From Ferroglobus placidus DSM 10642 (GTDB lineage Archaea > Halobacteriota > Archaeoglobi > Archaeoglobales > Archaeoglobaceae): DNA of 32,000 nt. The notes under the pieces are model-generated. The model made no database searches, was not told the origin of the DNA, and saw nothing but the letters and a program-made list of their open reading frames with translations. This document shows, piece after piece, positions 6,651-15,446 of the stretch; position 1 is the stretch's first letter; every line of letters starts with the position of its first letter. The stretch lies in the NCBI RefSeq assembly GCF_000025505.1, contig NC_013849.1, positions 150,001 to 182,000 of the forward strand, in the 5' to 3' direction. Position numbers and translations under genes: made by a program.

Positions 6651-8996
6651 ATGCGGACGACCCTCCTTTTTCTTTTGCTAATAGCCATTCTTCTGTTCGG
6701 GTGCGCTCAACCAATTGAGAAAGCAAAAGCCGACACGGACATGGACGGTTTAACCGACGCTGAGGAAGAAAAGTACAACACAGATCCGAAGAACCCCGAC
6801 ACAGACAACGACGGCTTGAAGGACGGAGAAGAAATAAAGTTGGGAACGAGTCCCGTTGACTTCGACACCGACGGGGACGGGTTGAGCGACGGAGACGAAG
6901 TTAACAAGTACTCAACCGATCCGAAAGATCTCGACACTGACAACGATGGACTAGAAGACGGATACGAGGTCATGAGCGTCGGAACGGATCCGAGTAAGTC
7001 TGATACTGATGGAGACAAGCTGAATGATAAAGAAGAGCTTGACGTTTTCAGAACGGACCCAAAGAAGTCTGACACTGACGGTGACGGTTTGGACGACTAC
7101 TATGAAGTAAAAATTACTAAAACCGATCCGCTGAAGAGAGACACCGATAACGACGGGTTGATCGATTACAAAGAGGTTAAGGTCGTCGGCAGCGATCCGT
7201 TGGATCCAGACACCGACGACGACGGATACGGAGACGGAGTTGACCTCTGGCCGCTGGAGAACAAAGGAATCAGAATTGATGTGAAATATTACAAAGTCGA
7301 GAACGCCGACGGAATACTCTTCGACTACTCAGATCCTTACCTCAAGGTTTACGTCAACGGTGAAGAATACAAGACTGGTTACTACGACAACGTTCAGGAG
7401 AAGCGAAACCCGTGGGTTATCGATATAGACACGCCCGACGACATAAAGACGGCGAGTGTGCGCATCTTCCTACTCGACGAAGACGACCTGTGGAACCCGA
7501 GCGATGAAGATGACGCTTTCGACATATACGGAGGGAGCGTTCAGAAATACTGGATTTCGATCGACTACGAAATAGACTCGGCTCCAGTTTTCGTGCACGA
7601 AGATGGGTCTAAGGACGGGGCAAACGAGCTGGACGGGGTAATAGAGCTCGAAATTTCGACGATCACAATAACCAGTACGAAGTTCGTCGGAGAAGAAAGA
7701 AGAGTCAACCTCTCGTCGGAATCTCCAAGTCCCACATCTAGCGTTTCGTCTCGAGAGGAAATCCAGTTAGAAACCCCACCATACGCCGAATACGAGTGGA
7801 TAGATCTCAACAAGAGCTTGAAAACCGTTACGATTGAAGGAAAAACCTACGAAACTGGATTGCTCGGTAAAATGTACGTTCCGAAGGAGATAGAAGTTGG
7901 AAAGACTTACCCGATATACATCTTGTTGTCAAGGGAGCTGAAAGAAGATGAAGTTCTTCGAAAGATATTAGAGGGTATTCGATTCTGCGTAGCTCCCGGC
8001 ATTAGGATCGATACGACGAATAACGAATTAAAACTGTACCTCCACCTTTCCTTCTCGCTCCTTGTGAAAACTTGGATGAAACACTACTGGTTGTCGAGTT
8101 CAAACCTGTCGAAGATATCTTACAGAATGGACGAGGGTCTAACGGATTTGGATCTTGAAGACGTAAAACCGGGAGAGTGGAAAGTTTTCAGGATGGAAGT
8201 TCTCGTAGAGCCGCCAGAAGTTGTGACGCTGCAAACGGAACCGCTAAGAATGTCTGTTGAAATCGAAGCTGATACGCTTAAAAACGGTATGTGGATCCCG
8301 TGGAGAGACAATATTGGCGTGTGGGTGGAACATAAGTATGAGGACGTCTTTTTAGTCGGCGTTTACGAGAGAGAGTTGAACAAGGCAAACGTCTGCCCCG
8401 GAGTAGGTGTAACTTCAGCGGGACTCCTTCAAGTGCACCTTGGCGTCGGATTTGGAGAAGATGAGAATGACTGGGACGAGGCAGTTATACACATAAATTT
8501 AATGCCCCTACCATTCACAACTACACAATTCACAACTACAATGAGACCATCTGAGTGCGAATGGGACCAAATCGACTGGTACGAAGTGAAGTTAAACCTT
8601 AACGGATACATAAAACGTCTAGAAACGCACGAAAACGGGCACATAGAGGTAGTTGCTCTCACGGATGAAGCGCAAGTGGGGTCGACGGAGTCTGGAAGAG
8701 ACATTTACTCGGTTCGGGTTGAGGGAACATTCAAGAATAACTACGGAGTCATCAGACAGATCAATACGACGCTGTACTATCTCGGTGAAAAGGGAATCAA
8801 ACGAGGAGATCGAGTTGAAGGTTACGTAAAGTTCGTTAAATTGGCGTCCTCGAACAAAGCGTTTTTGTCAGCTCTAGAAGACTGTTACTACATCGTGGTG
8901 CCGCGAGAGGAGGGTGGCGTTATAATCGTGCCGCAACCGGGTGAAGAATTGATAAACGAAACTCAACAATCTCAAGTCTCAGTAAACCTCAGTTAA
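6651..8996 (+). CDS. Large secreted lipoprotein: thrombospondin type 3-like Ca-binding repeats, a C2-like module, a Ser-rich linker and an uncharacterised C-terminal region of about 420 aa
   Basis: The ATG at 6651 lies 7 nt after GGAGGG. The N-terminus [20 protein letters not shown] is a signal peptide with a lipobox. About 8 repeats of DTDxDGLxDxxE...TDP follow, then ...[20 protein letters not shown]...RNPW...[10 protein letters not shown]...DDAFD. Confidence 0.8.
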   Translation: MRTTLLFLLLIAILLFGCAQPIEKAKADTDMDGLTDAEEEKYNTDPKNPDTDNDGLKDGEEIKLGTSPVDFDTDGDGLSDGDEVNKYSTDPKDLDTDNDGLEDGYEVMSVGTDPSKSDTDGDKLNDKEELDVFRTDPKKSDTDGDGLDDYYEVKITKTDPLKRDTDNDGLIDYKEVKVVGSDPLDPDTDDDGYGDGVDLWPLENKGIRIDVKYYKVENADGILFDYSDPYLKVYVNGEEYKTGYYDNVQEKRNPWVIDIDTPDDIKTASVRIFLLDEDDLWNPSDEDDAFDIYGGSVQKYWISIDYEIDSAPVFVHEDGSKDGANELDGVIELEISTITITSTKFVGEERRVNLSSESPSPTSSVSSREEIQLETPPYAEYEWIDLNKSLKTVTIEGKTYETGLLGKMYVPKEIEVGKTYPIYILLSRELKEDEVLRKILEGIRFCVAPGIRIDTTNNELKLYLHLSFSLLVKTWMKHYWLSSSNLSKISYRMDEGLTDLDLEDVKPGEWKVFRMEVLVEPPEVVTLQTEPLRMSVEIEADTLKNGMWIPWRDNIGVWVEHKYEDVFLVGVYERELNKANVCPGVGVTSAGLLQVHLGVGFGEDENDWDEAVIHINLMPLPFTTTQFTTTMRPSECEWDQIDWYEVKLNLNGYIKRLETHENGHIEVVALTDEAQVGSTESGRDIYSVRVEGTFKNNYGVIRQINTTLYYLGEKGIKRGDRVEGYVKFVKLASSNKAFLSALEDCYYIVVPREEGGVIIVPQPGEELINETQQSQVSVNLS
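6730..7255 (+). repeat. Coding tandem repeats (about 69-72 nt period) encoding TSP3-like DxDxDG calcium-binding motifs
   Basis: The motif DTD(N/G/M/D)DGL recurs about every 23-24 codons. The antisense ORF 6707..7075 is a shadow of this low-complexity repeat. Confidence 0.8.
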
Positions 8997-9031
8997 AATT
9001 TTTAAATTAATTTTTCGACAATAACTTGTCG
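8997..9031 (+). terminator. Oligo-T tracts plus a short hairpin between convergent genes
   Basis: T5 runs lie at 8999-9003 and 9011-9015, directly after the stop codon at 8994-8996. A perfect 6-bp stem (CGACAA/TTGTCG, 9016-9021 paired with 9026-9031) has a 4-nt loop. Archaeal termination on T-tracts is established, but the role of the hairpin is uncertain. Confidence 0.4.
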
Positions 9032-9051
9032 TTGGTTAGTCATTTGTTTTA

Positions 9052-10263
9052 TTATGTTAACTCCTTTAATCTTCTCGCCACATCCGGATCGGTTTTAGCA
9101 ACTCTGTAAAGCTTCGTAATGAATTCCAACATTTTGAGAACATCTTCATCCTTTAGCGTTGCAAACGCTTCCAGCACTATGCTTTCCGCTTCTTCAACTT
9201 CTAAAGCCGCTTCAAGCGTCAAAGCCTGTCCGCATCTGTGGCAGAACCTAGCATCTGGAGCGTTCTTCTCGTCGCATCGCGGACAATTAATTGGCGTGAG
9301 TTTGCTTTTTTCGGGAACTCTCTCATCTTTTATGCCGTGAATTCTGGCGTAAGCGGCGTCGATATCTCTTCCAGAGAGGTGAACATATCTTGCTGGAATG
9401 TCGCTTCCCTGAACCCAGCCGAACCACTCGCACATCTGAGCTTCGGTGAAGTAATTTGCCAGAAATGTTGCCCTTGAGTGTCTGAAATTGTGGGGATTTA
9501 CTGGTTTGTCAATTCCTGCCTTTTTGGCGACCTCGTTCAACATTTTCACCAGAGCTCGGTATCCGACTTTCTTACCCTTTCCTTTAGTTCCCACGTTAAC
9601 CCAGACGGGAGCGTTTTTATTGTCTCTTTCTGGATGCATGTTCAACCAAGCCCTTACGTACGGTACGCTCTCTATAAGCGGTAATCTTCTTGCGCCGGTC
9701 TTTCCTCTAATTACGATCTGCAGTCCGTAGACATGATCCTGAAAATCTCCGATTTTTAAATTGTAAATTTCGCTTATTCTTGCACCAGTCTCCCATAACA
9801 GAGCTATCAGCGCTTTATCTCTTGGATTGTCCGCTGCATCAATCAATTTTTTCACATCGTCTTCAGTCAATATCTTTTCTGGAAGTTTATCCTTTCTTGA
9901 TTTTGACGATGTTTTAATCCACTTGACTGCTTCTGGATACTCCCCTCCGTTTAGCCACTTAAAAAGAACTTTAAGCACAATTTTATACTGTCTCTTAGTT
10001 TCATCGGAAACTTTTCTCTGATTTATCCAAGCAACTATGTCCTCTATCTGGCTCTTCGTGGCCTTCTTAAGATCGTAGTCGACGAATTCAAGGATCTTCT
10101 TCAGGTGCGAGAGCATTTTGTACATGTGCGCATCGCTACACCCTTGTACGAGCAAGTACTTTCTGAATTCTTCAAACAACTTCTTGTTCTCTTTCTTTAT
10201 CCGACTGCTTTTTCTCACGTTGTCTACCAGTCTCTGAAGCATCTTGTCGTAATCGAGTATCAT
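9052..10263 (-). CDS. Tyrosine-type site-specific integrase/recombinase with a C-terminal zinc ribbon
   Basis: The catalytic signature is present: ETGARISE (Arg), HNFRHSRAT (HxxR) and IPARYVHL (Tyr). A tail follows with CPRCDEKNAPDARFCHRCG (CxxC...CxxC). Confidence 0.85.
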   Translation of the reverse strand: MILDYDKMLQRLVDNVRKSSRIKKENKKLFEEFRKYLLVQGCSDAHMYKMLSHLKKILEFVDYDLKKATKSQIEDIVAWINQRKVSDETKRQYKIVLKVLFKWLNGGEYPEAVKWIKTSSKSRKDKLPEKILTEDDVKKLIDAADNPRDKALIALLWETGARISEIYNLKIGDFQDHVYGLQIVIRGKTGARRLPLIESVPYVRAWLNMHPERDNKNAPVWVNVGTKGKGKKVGYRALVKMLNEVAKKAGIDKPVNPHNFRHSRATFLANYFTEAQMCEWFGWVQGSDIPARYVHLSGRDIDAAYARIHGIKDERVPEKSKLTPINCPRCDEKNAPDARFCHRCGQALTLEAALEVEEAESIVLEAFATLKDEDVLKMLEFITKLYRVAKTDPDVARRLKELT

Positions 10264-10353
10264 CCCATTATTGCTTTATGCGTCGAAAAATAAAAGTGTT
10301 TTGAACCGTAAATACAATACACCACCGGTCCATGTTTCTGAGTTCATTTATTT

Positions 10354-10794
10354 TCAATCGATTTTGAAAGTTTTGAACCTCGGTCCTTTCCAGTAGCTGC
10401 CCCTTACGATTTTTATTTCAACAAGTACGTCTCCTTTATCCTCAAATTCAACAAAATCGGAATACTTGGATTTGAAAAGCTCGTAAGTGTGGTATATGAT
10501 ATCGTAATTCTCAACTTCGCTTTCTCCTAGCAAATAGATTTTGGCAAAACCGCTTATCAAAACCCCCTCGTTTTTAAACGGATCGTTTTCATCTCTTACA
10601 TCAACAACAAGACTGACACGGTTATCCCGCATTATGTTTTTAATTTTCCTTGATCTGAATTCAGACATAAAGTGTATCGAATCTCGCTGATCGTACGTGA
10701 AAAAGATAGGTGTTATGTGGGGATGCTCTCCTCTTGTGCAAAGATATCCAAAGTAATTCGTATTCAATAACTCCCTAACCTCTTGTGGCAACAT
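10354..10794 (-). CDS. Pyridoxamine 5'-phosphate oxidase-like (FMN/F420-binding split beta-barrel) family protein
   Basis: Segments such as FGYLCTRGEHPHITPIFFTYD...IHFMSEFRSRKIKNIMRDNRVSLVVD are typical of the PNPOx-like family. I chose the start at MLPQEV (10794), but 10809 is also possible. Confidence 0.65.
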   Translation of the reverse strand: MLPQEVRELLNTNYFGYLCTRGEHPHITPIFFTYDQRDSIHFMSEFRSRKIKNIMRDNRVSLVVDVRDENDPFKNEGVLISGFAKIYLLGESEVENYDIIYHTYELFKSKYSDFVEFEDKGDVLVEIKIVRGSYWKGPRFKTFKID

Positions 10795-10798
10795 TTTA

Positions 10799-11848
10799 TC
10801 ACAACCCAATTTTTATCTTTTTAGCACCTCTCCAATACACAACTTTTTCTGGGATTATTTCGATAGGAATTCTTTTTAAAATTGGAACGAGCCTCCAAGC
10901 TTCTGGAAGCTCGCTCTTTCTCTCTGAATACTTCTCCATGTAAACTGAATACTTTTTTCTGAAAAGACTCCTGACCTTTAAGAGCTTTACAACGTTTAAT
11001 ATTGAATTCCTCAGCGTGTAAATTTTCGCTTCCCCTACGATCATTATTGCCTTATTTCCAAAGAAGTCTCTTGAGCTCCTCATATCTATTAGCAGAGCTA
11101 TCTTGGGATCCCTCTTTAACAGGTAAAATTTCTTGCTTGCCTTTGAAGTAACAAAGTAAACATTTCTACCATCGAAAACCTGAACGACAGGAGTTAGGTG
11201 GGGGAATTTTTCTCCCGCATGACCAACATAAGCGAATTTAGCTCTTTCAAGCATTTCAATTATATCCGGAGGAAGCCAAGGAACTCTTCTAACGAGAAGT
11301 AAAGATGCAAGAGAAACGAAGGTAATCGCTAAAGAAAAAGCGAGTACAGCTTTGAAAATTCCTCTATCTGGAAAAACCACCAGAAGCAGAAGCAAACCTG
11401 ACAATCCGAAGAGAGAGCAATTCTTATCAATTTTTTCCATGGTTTTTAAATCGTTAAGCAAGGTGTAGTCCATAGCTTTTCTCTTTTTTGAAGCTGTTAA
11501 AAGGCTCTTCGACCTTTTTAAGTTCAGAAAGCTAACCCAAATACCTATTCCAGCCCTATAAGCAATGTCCCACGCGAGAACGAGAGCAAAAAATGTAACG
11601 AGCGCGTTTTTACTCAGATAGTAATCGAGGAGGATGGATGTGTTAAAGAGGTAGACTATTAGAGGAATAAAAAGAGCCAATCCTGTGAGAAGCACCGGTC
11701 GCCATTTGTTAAAGAGCAGAGACTTGTACTTTTCAATCATTTCATTCTCTTCTTCACTCAACGAAGGACGAAAGGAGCGGATTGCTGGGGCTATATCTAA
11801 AGTAAGCTTGCTCCAGATGACCACAACAAGAATGGCAAGAGTACCCAT
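10799..11848 (-). CDS. Membrane protein with about 5 predicted TM helices fused to a C-terminal PNPOx-like domain
   Basis: The N-terminal 200 aa contain several hydrophobic helices. The C-terminal part (AKFAYVGHAGEKFPHLTPVVQVFDGRNVYFVTSKASKKFYLLKRDPKIALLID...IMIVGEAKIY) parallels the downstream soluble paralogue. Confidence 0.6.
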   Translation of the reverse strand: MGTLAILVVVIWSKLTLDIAPAIRSFRPSLSEEENEMIEKYKSLLFNKWRPVLLTGLALFIPLIVYLFNTSILLDYYLSKNALVTFFALVLAWDIAYRAGIGIWVSFLNLKRSKSLLTASKKRKAMDYTLLNDLKTMEKIDKNCSLFGLSGLLLLLVVFPDRGIFKAVLAFSLAITFVSLASLLLVRRVPWLPPDIIEMLERAKFAYVGHAGEKFPHLTPVVQVFDGRNVYFVTSKASKKFYLLKRDPKIALLIDMRSSRDFFGNKAIMIVGEAKIYTLRNSILNVVKLLKVRSLFRKKYSVYMEKYSERKSELPEAWRLVPILKRIPIEIIPEKVVYWRGAKKIKIGL

Positions 11849-11977
11849 AAGAAGAGAGAGTAAACGAAAAGCATGGCAAACAACTGAACCATCACCGCCT
11901 TTTCCCCCTCCAAAAAAGAGAATGGTGGAACTCTCTCAACTATCAGTTCGTAAACCCATTTCTCCAAATCAAACACC

Positions 11978-13330
11978 TTAAATTCTCTTTTTAGGCTCTA
12001 TGTACTCCTTCGGAGCGCTTTCAATCGGCTCGAGGTATTTTCTTAAAACCTTGGGAATTTCGACTCTTCCATCCTCGAGCTGGTAATTCTCTATTATCGC
12101 CGTTATGGCTCTTGTCGTAGCTATCGCTGTAGAATTGAGGGTGTGAACGAAGCCTTTAGAAGGCATACCCCTCTTTTCCGCATACCTTATATTCAATCTG
12201 TAACTCTGCCAGTCCGTGCAGTTTGAGCAGGAAACCATTTCTCTGTACTTCCCCTGAGCGGGCATCCACGCTTCGAGATCGTATTTTTTAGCAGCGACAA
12301 CACCAAGATCTCCAGTGCAGATGTTCACGATTCTGTACGGAATTCCCAAACCTTGCCAGAGTTTTTCAGCATTTTCAATCAACTTTTCATGCCACTCCCA
12401 GCTCTCCTCCGGCAAACAAAAAACGAACTGCTCAACTTTATTGAACTGGTGAACTCGAAAGATTCCCTTGGTGTCTTTCCCGTGCGCTCCAGCTTCTTTT
12501 CTAAAGCATGGAGAGACTCCAGCGTAGAGAAGAGGAAGTTCGTCTTCTCCGAGCGTTTCGTTCATGTGCATGGCAGCCAAAGGATGCTCGGAGGTGGCGA
12601 TAAGATACAAATCTTCCCCTTCAAGTTTGTAAAGCACTTCTTCGAAATCGCTAAATGCCGTAACTCCGGCATAAGCTTCGTATCGCATCATGTAAGGCGG
12701 ATTTACTATCTTAAACCCTTGCTTTGAGAGGAATTCGAGAGCGTACATCATCAAAGCAAAATCGAGCCAGACGAGATCTTCGAGGAGATAATAGAATCTC
12801 GATCCAGCCACTTTTGCCGCTCTTTCCAGATCCGCCCATCCGAAAATTTCGACTGCATCAGCATGTCCGACAACCGGCTTATCGATCACTTCATACTCCA
12901 CTTCCCCGTTCGTCTGCTTTAAAAACTGCTCCACATGCTCTCTATAAACTTTCGGCTTTCCCCAGAACCTTATCGGAACGTTATCGTTCTCATCCTCTCC
13001 TATGGGAACCGATTCGTGGACTATGTTCGGGATTGAAAGCAAAACACTTTTCAGCTCCTCTTCAAGCTTCTTTAATTCTTCTTCTTCCTTCTTCACTCTC
13101 TCCGATATCTCTTTTGCTTTTTTTATCAATTCCTCGCTTCTTTCACTCTTCAACTTTCTCGAAAGTTCGTTTCTCTCCCTTCTTAGCTGATCGAGTTCGT
13201 ACAGCTTTTTTCTCCAGTTTTTATCCAGTTCTATTGCTTTGTAAACTATTTCAACGTCCTCCCCTCTTCTCCTTTGAGATTCAACAAGTATCTCCGGGTT
13301 TTCCCTTAAGGCTTTCAGTATGCTCCACAT
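11978..13330 (-). CDS. serS: Seryl-tRNA synthetase
   Basis: 450-aa ORF with an N-terminal coiled-coil arm (KLYELDQLRRERNELSRKLK...) and class II aaRS motifs (FRKEAGAHGKDTKGIFRVHQFNKVE, and NSTAIATTRAI near the C-terminus). Confidence 0.95.
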   Translation of the reverse strand: MWSILKALRENPEILVESQRRRGEDVEIVYKAIELDKNWRKKLYELDQLRRERNELSRKLKSERSEELIKKAKEISERVKKEEEELKKLEEELKSVLLSIPNIVHESVPIGEDENDNVPIRFWGKPKVYREHVEQFLKQTNGEVEYEVIDKPVVGHADAVEIFGWADLERAAKVAGSRFYYLLEDLVWLDFALMMYALEFLSKQGFKIVNPPYMMRYEAYAGVTAFSDFEEVLYKLEGEDLYLIATSEHPLAAMHMNETLGEDELPLLYAGVSPCFRKEAGAHGKDTKGIFRVHQFNKVEQFVFCLPEESWEWHEKLIENAEKLWQGLGIPYRIVNICTGDLGVVAAKKYDLEAWMPAQGKYREMVSCSNCTDWQSYRLNIRYAEKRGMPSKGFVHTLNSTAIATTRAITAIIENYQLEDGRVEIPKVLRKYLEPIESAPKEYIEPKKRI

Positions 13331-13332
13331 CG

Positions 13333-14337
13333 CTAATCCTCCACGAAGTTTGATTGAAGTATCACACTGGCATTTTTCCTCTCTACCTTTATAATTTGTG
13401 GAACGTACTTCTCCTTAATTAAGTAACCATCTTCCTTTTTCTCACCGATCTTCATGAGCATTAGGTTTACAGCCGTTTCGAATTCGATAGCGTCTTTTTC
13501 CGAATCGAAGGCAATTATCCAGCTCCAGCCGGTGTCGTTCAGATAGTAGGAATCTCCGTTCCACCCTTCAGCAGCTACTTTTGCTGAAGAGTCAAGCACG
13601 TGTGCAGCTAAAAAGACGAATAGAAAAGCTTCTCCAAGTCTATCTCCTTCCATTTTCAGGAAGCTCTCGTTTTTGAAGTACTTTTCAGGATGCATGACCT
13701 GCTCCATAGTCTTCGGTGGATTCTGGAGGAGATATATCGTGTCTCCGGTTTTGTTGTAAACCTCTAAGGCGAGATTGTAGCCGTAGGTGTAGTGGATCGA
13801 GGACAGAATGTAGTAAGCATTGTCTTCATCAATCTCCATCAGACTTTCTTTCTCCAAAGGTTCCTTAGCTAAAATTTTCGATATGAGTCTTGCGTCCCCT
13901 TCAATAGCCGCAGCTTTAGCCTTTTCTCCATCGAATGTCCCGTCGGAGGATATGTTAAATTTTTCTTGATACAAATGCTCGAGCTCGTGAAAAACCGTTC
14001 TTTTGAACTTATCTTTGTCGAAGTTCTCCTTCACGACGTAAATTTTCCCTTCCCAAACGAAGGCTACGAAGCTCTTTAGGTCGTGCTCTTTCGCTTTTTT
14101 GAAGGAATAATTTGCTGGAAGAATCATCATCGCCTTGTAAAAGAGATCCTCGCTTTCCGAGTAACTACCCCAGTGTTTTAAAACGAAGTTCGTGTCAACC
14201 ACCTTTAATTCTGGACTGAAGTTCGTTCCTCTGAACTCGTTGAATTCTCTCAGCGCTTCCTTATAGCTTTCGCTGATTTCGTCAGTACAAGCAGAGAGTA
14301 ACAGAGCGGCGAAAAGAATGATAATCGCTCTCTTCAT
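13333..14337 (-). CDS. Predicted lipoprotein with an HExxH (gluzincin-like) metallopeptidase motif
   Basis: The N-terminus MKRAIIILFAALLLSACTDE is a signal peptide with a lipobox. VFHELEHLYQ is followed about 24 residues later by AAIEGDA, which resembles the NEGFA third-ligand motif of gluzincins. The family assignment is tentative. Confidence 0.5.
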   Translation of the reverse strand: MKRAIIILFAALLLSACTDEISESYKEALREFNEFRGTNFSPELKVVDTNFVLKHWGSYSESEDLFYKAMMILPANYSFKKAKEHDLKSFVAFVWEGKIYVVKENFDKDKFKRTVFHELEHLYQEKFNISSDGTFDGEKAKAAAIEGDARLISKILAKEPLEKESLMEIDEDNAYYILSSIHYTYGYNLALEVYNKTGDTIYLLQNPPKTMEQVMHPEKYFKNESFLKMEGDRLGEAFLFVFLAAHVLDSSAKVAAEGWNGDSYYLNDTGWSWIIAFDSEKDAIEFETAVNLMLMKIGEKKEDGYLIKEKYVPQIIKVERKNASVILQSNFVED

Positions 14338-15446
14338 AGAAGCTCTTTTTCCACCAAGCTTATGGCTTTGTCGATCTCCCTCTTGAGAGCTTCCGGAAGT
14401 CCTTTTATCTCTACCTCCATAAATCCTCTAACTATGGCTGAAATCGCTTCATCTCTCGACAACCCCCTCGACATCAAATAGAATATCTCCTCTTCGGCTA
14501 TTCTCCCTATAGCAGCCTCGTGACTCAAATCCACATCGGGGTGGTTTGCTTCAAGAATCGGAATTGCTTCTATACTTCCGTTCTCAGCCAGTATAAGCCC
14601 TCTGCACTCCAAATGCCCCTTCACATTACTCACGTTCCCCACAAGATGTCCTCTCGCCACGATTTTTCCTCCCCTGCTTATCGTCCTCGAAACTATCTCA
14701 GCTTTGGAGTTTTCAGCGTTTAACACAGCTCTACTTCCCACATCTATATTCGCTCCTTCTAAACCGACGATCACGCTGCTGAAAATAGCTTGAGAATTCT
14801 TTCCATTCAAGTATGCTGTGGGATACATCTGAACGAGTTTAACCGAATTCATGAGGATGTAGTTGCTTATAAAAGTTCCGTTTTCCTCCACTATGGCAGC
14901 GCTCCTCGGTCTAACTTCTATGTTGCTTTCCCAGCTGTGGATCATCGTAAAAGTCAGCTTAGCATTTTTCTTCACGAAAAATTCGGAAATTCCTATGTGC
15001 AGCCCAGCCATAACTCCCGGATGGGACGTGCAGCCGGAGATTATGTTTAATTCCGAGTTCTCCTCAGCTATGATTACGTTGTGAACTCTCTGCTTGTGTC
15101 CCCTCGTCCTCAAATACAGACAAGCCTCTACTGGAATTTGAATTTTAGCGTTGGGAAGGGCTCGAATGAAGTACCCATTGACGTCCTCAGAATCAGCCTC
15201 TCTGGTGAATTCGTCCTGATCTTTTTTTACAGCTTTCCAGAAATAGTCTTCAAGCCAGTCGTACTTCTCTAAGGCTGCTTTTATGCTCATAACCTCTACG
15301 CCTTCGAAAAAGCTTTTGCTTAGCTTAACTTCCTGATCTACTTGAACGAAGGTAGCGGATCTCTCCTTAGGATCGAGTTCTATTCCTACGCTTTCGAGCC
15401 TCTTTTTTACCTCTTCAGATTTAAATTCCTGTACTTCGTCAGGCAT
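14334..15446 (-). CDS. sufB: SufB/SufD family Fe-S cluster assembly protein
   Basis: 370-aa ORF directly downstream of sufC. Its C-terminal beta-helix region (...AKIVSRTISRGGKIVARGHLVG...LECRGLIL...IPILE...DVDLSHEAAIGRI.EEEIFYLMSRGL...A) is typical of SufB/D. Confidence 0.85.
   Translation of the reverse strand: MPDEVQEFKSEEVKKRLESVGIELDPKERSATFVQVDQEVKLSKSFFEGVEVMSIKAALEKYDWLEDYFWKAVKKDQDEFTREADSEDVNGYFIRALPNAKIQIPVEACLYLRTRGHKQRVHNVIIAEENSELNIISGCTSHPGVMAGLHIGISEFFVKKNAKLTFTMIHSWESNIEVRPRSAAIVEENGTFISNYILMNSVKLVQMYPTAYLNGKNSQAIFSSVIVGLEGANIDVGSRAVLNAENSKAEIVSRTISRGGKIVARGHLVGNVSNVKGHLECRGLILAENGSIEAIPILEANHPDVDLSHEAAIGRIAEEEIFYLMSRGLSRDEAISAIVRGFMEVEIKGLPEALKREIDKAISLVEKELL

Noticed and set aside
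6730-7255. Regular repeat array that could at first glance suggest a CRISPR array or a satellite.
   Set aside because: The repeats are in-frame codons for DTDxDGL calcium-binding motifs inside a long ORF, with no invariant repeat and unique spacer structure. No CRISPR array is present anywhere in the window.
10264-10353. Search for a tRNA gene or att core next to the integrase.
   Set aside because: I saw no cloverleaf-compatible or GTTCGAATC-type sequence. Only trivial 8-10-nt matches (for example TTTnCAATCG at about 4620 and about 10345) link it to possible left borders.
12724-13353. 209-aa plus-strand ORF. Other long antisense ORFs are similar (3431-3958, 15663-16103, 20030-20557, 24548-25057, 27299-27736, 29419-30009).
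   Set aside because: Each lies fully antisense to a gene with clear family motifs (serS, HD, sufC, argG, GNAT-ABC, speB, PriS). Their translations are low-complexity, Ser/Leu/Phe-rich shadow sequences.
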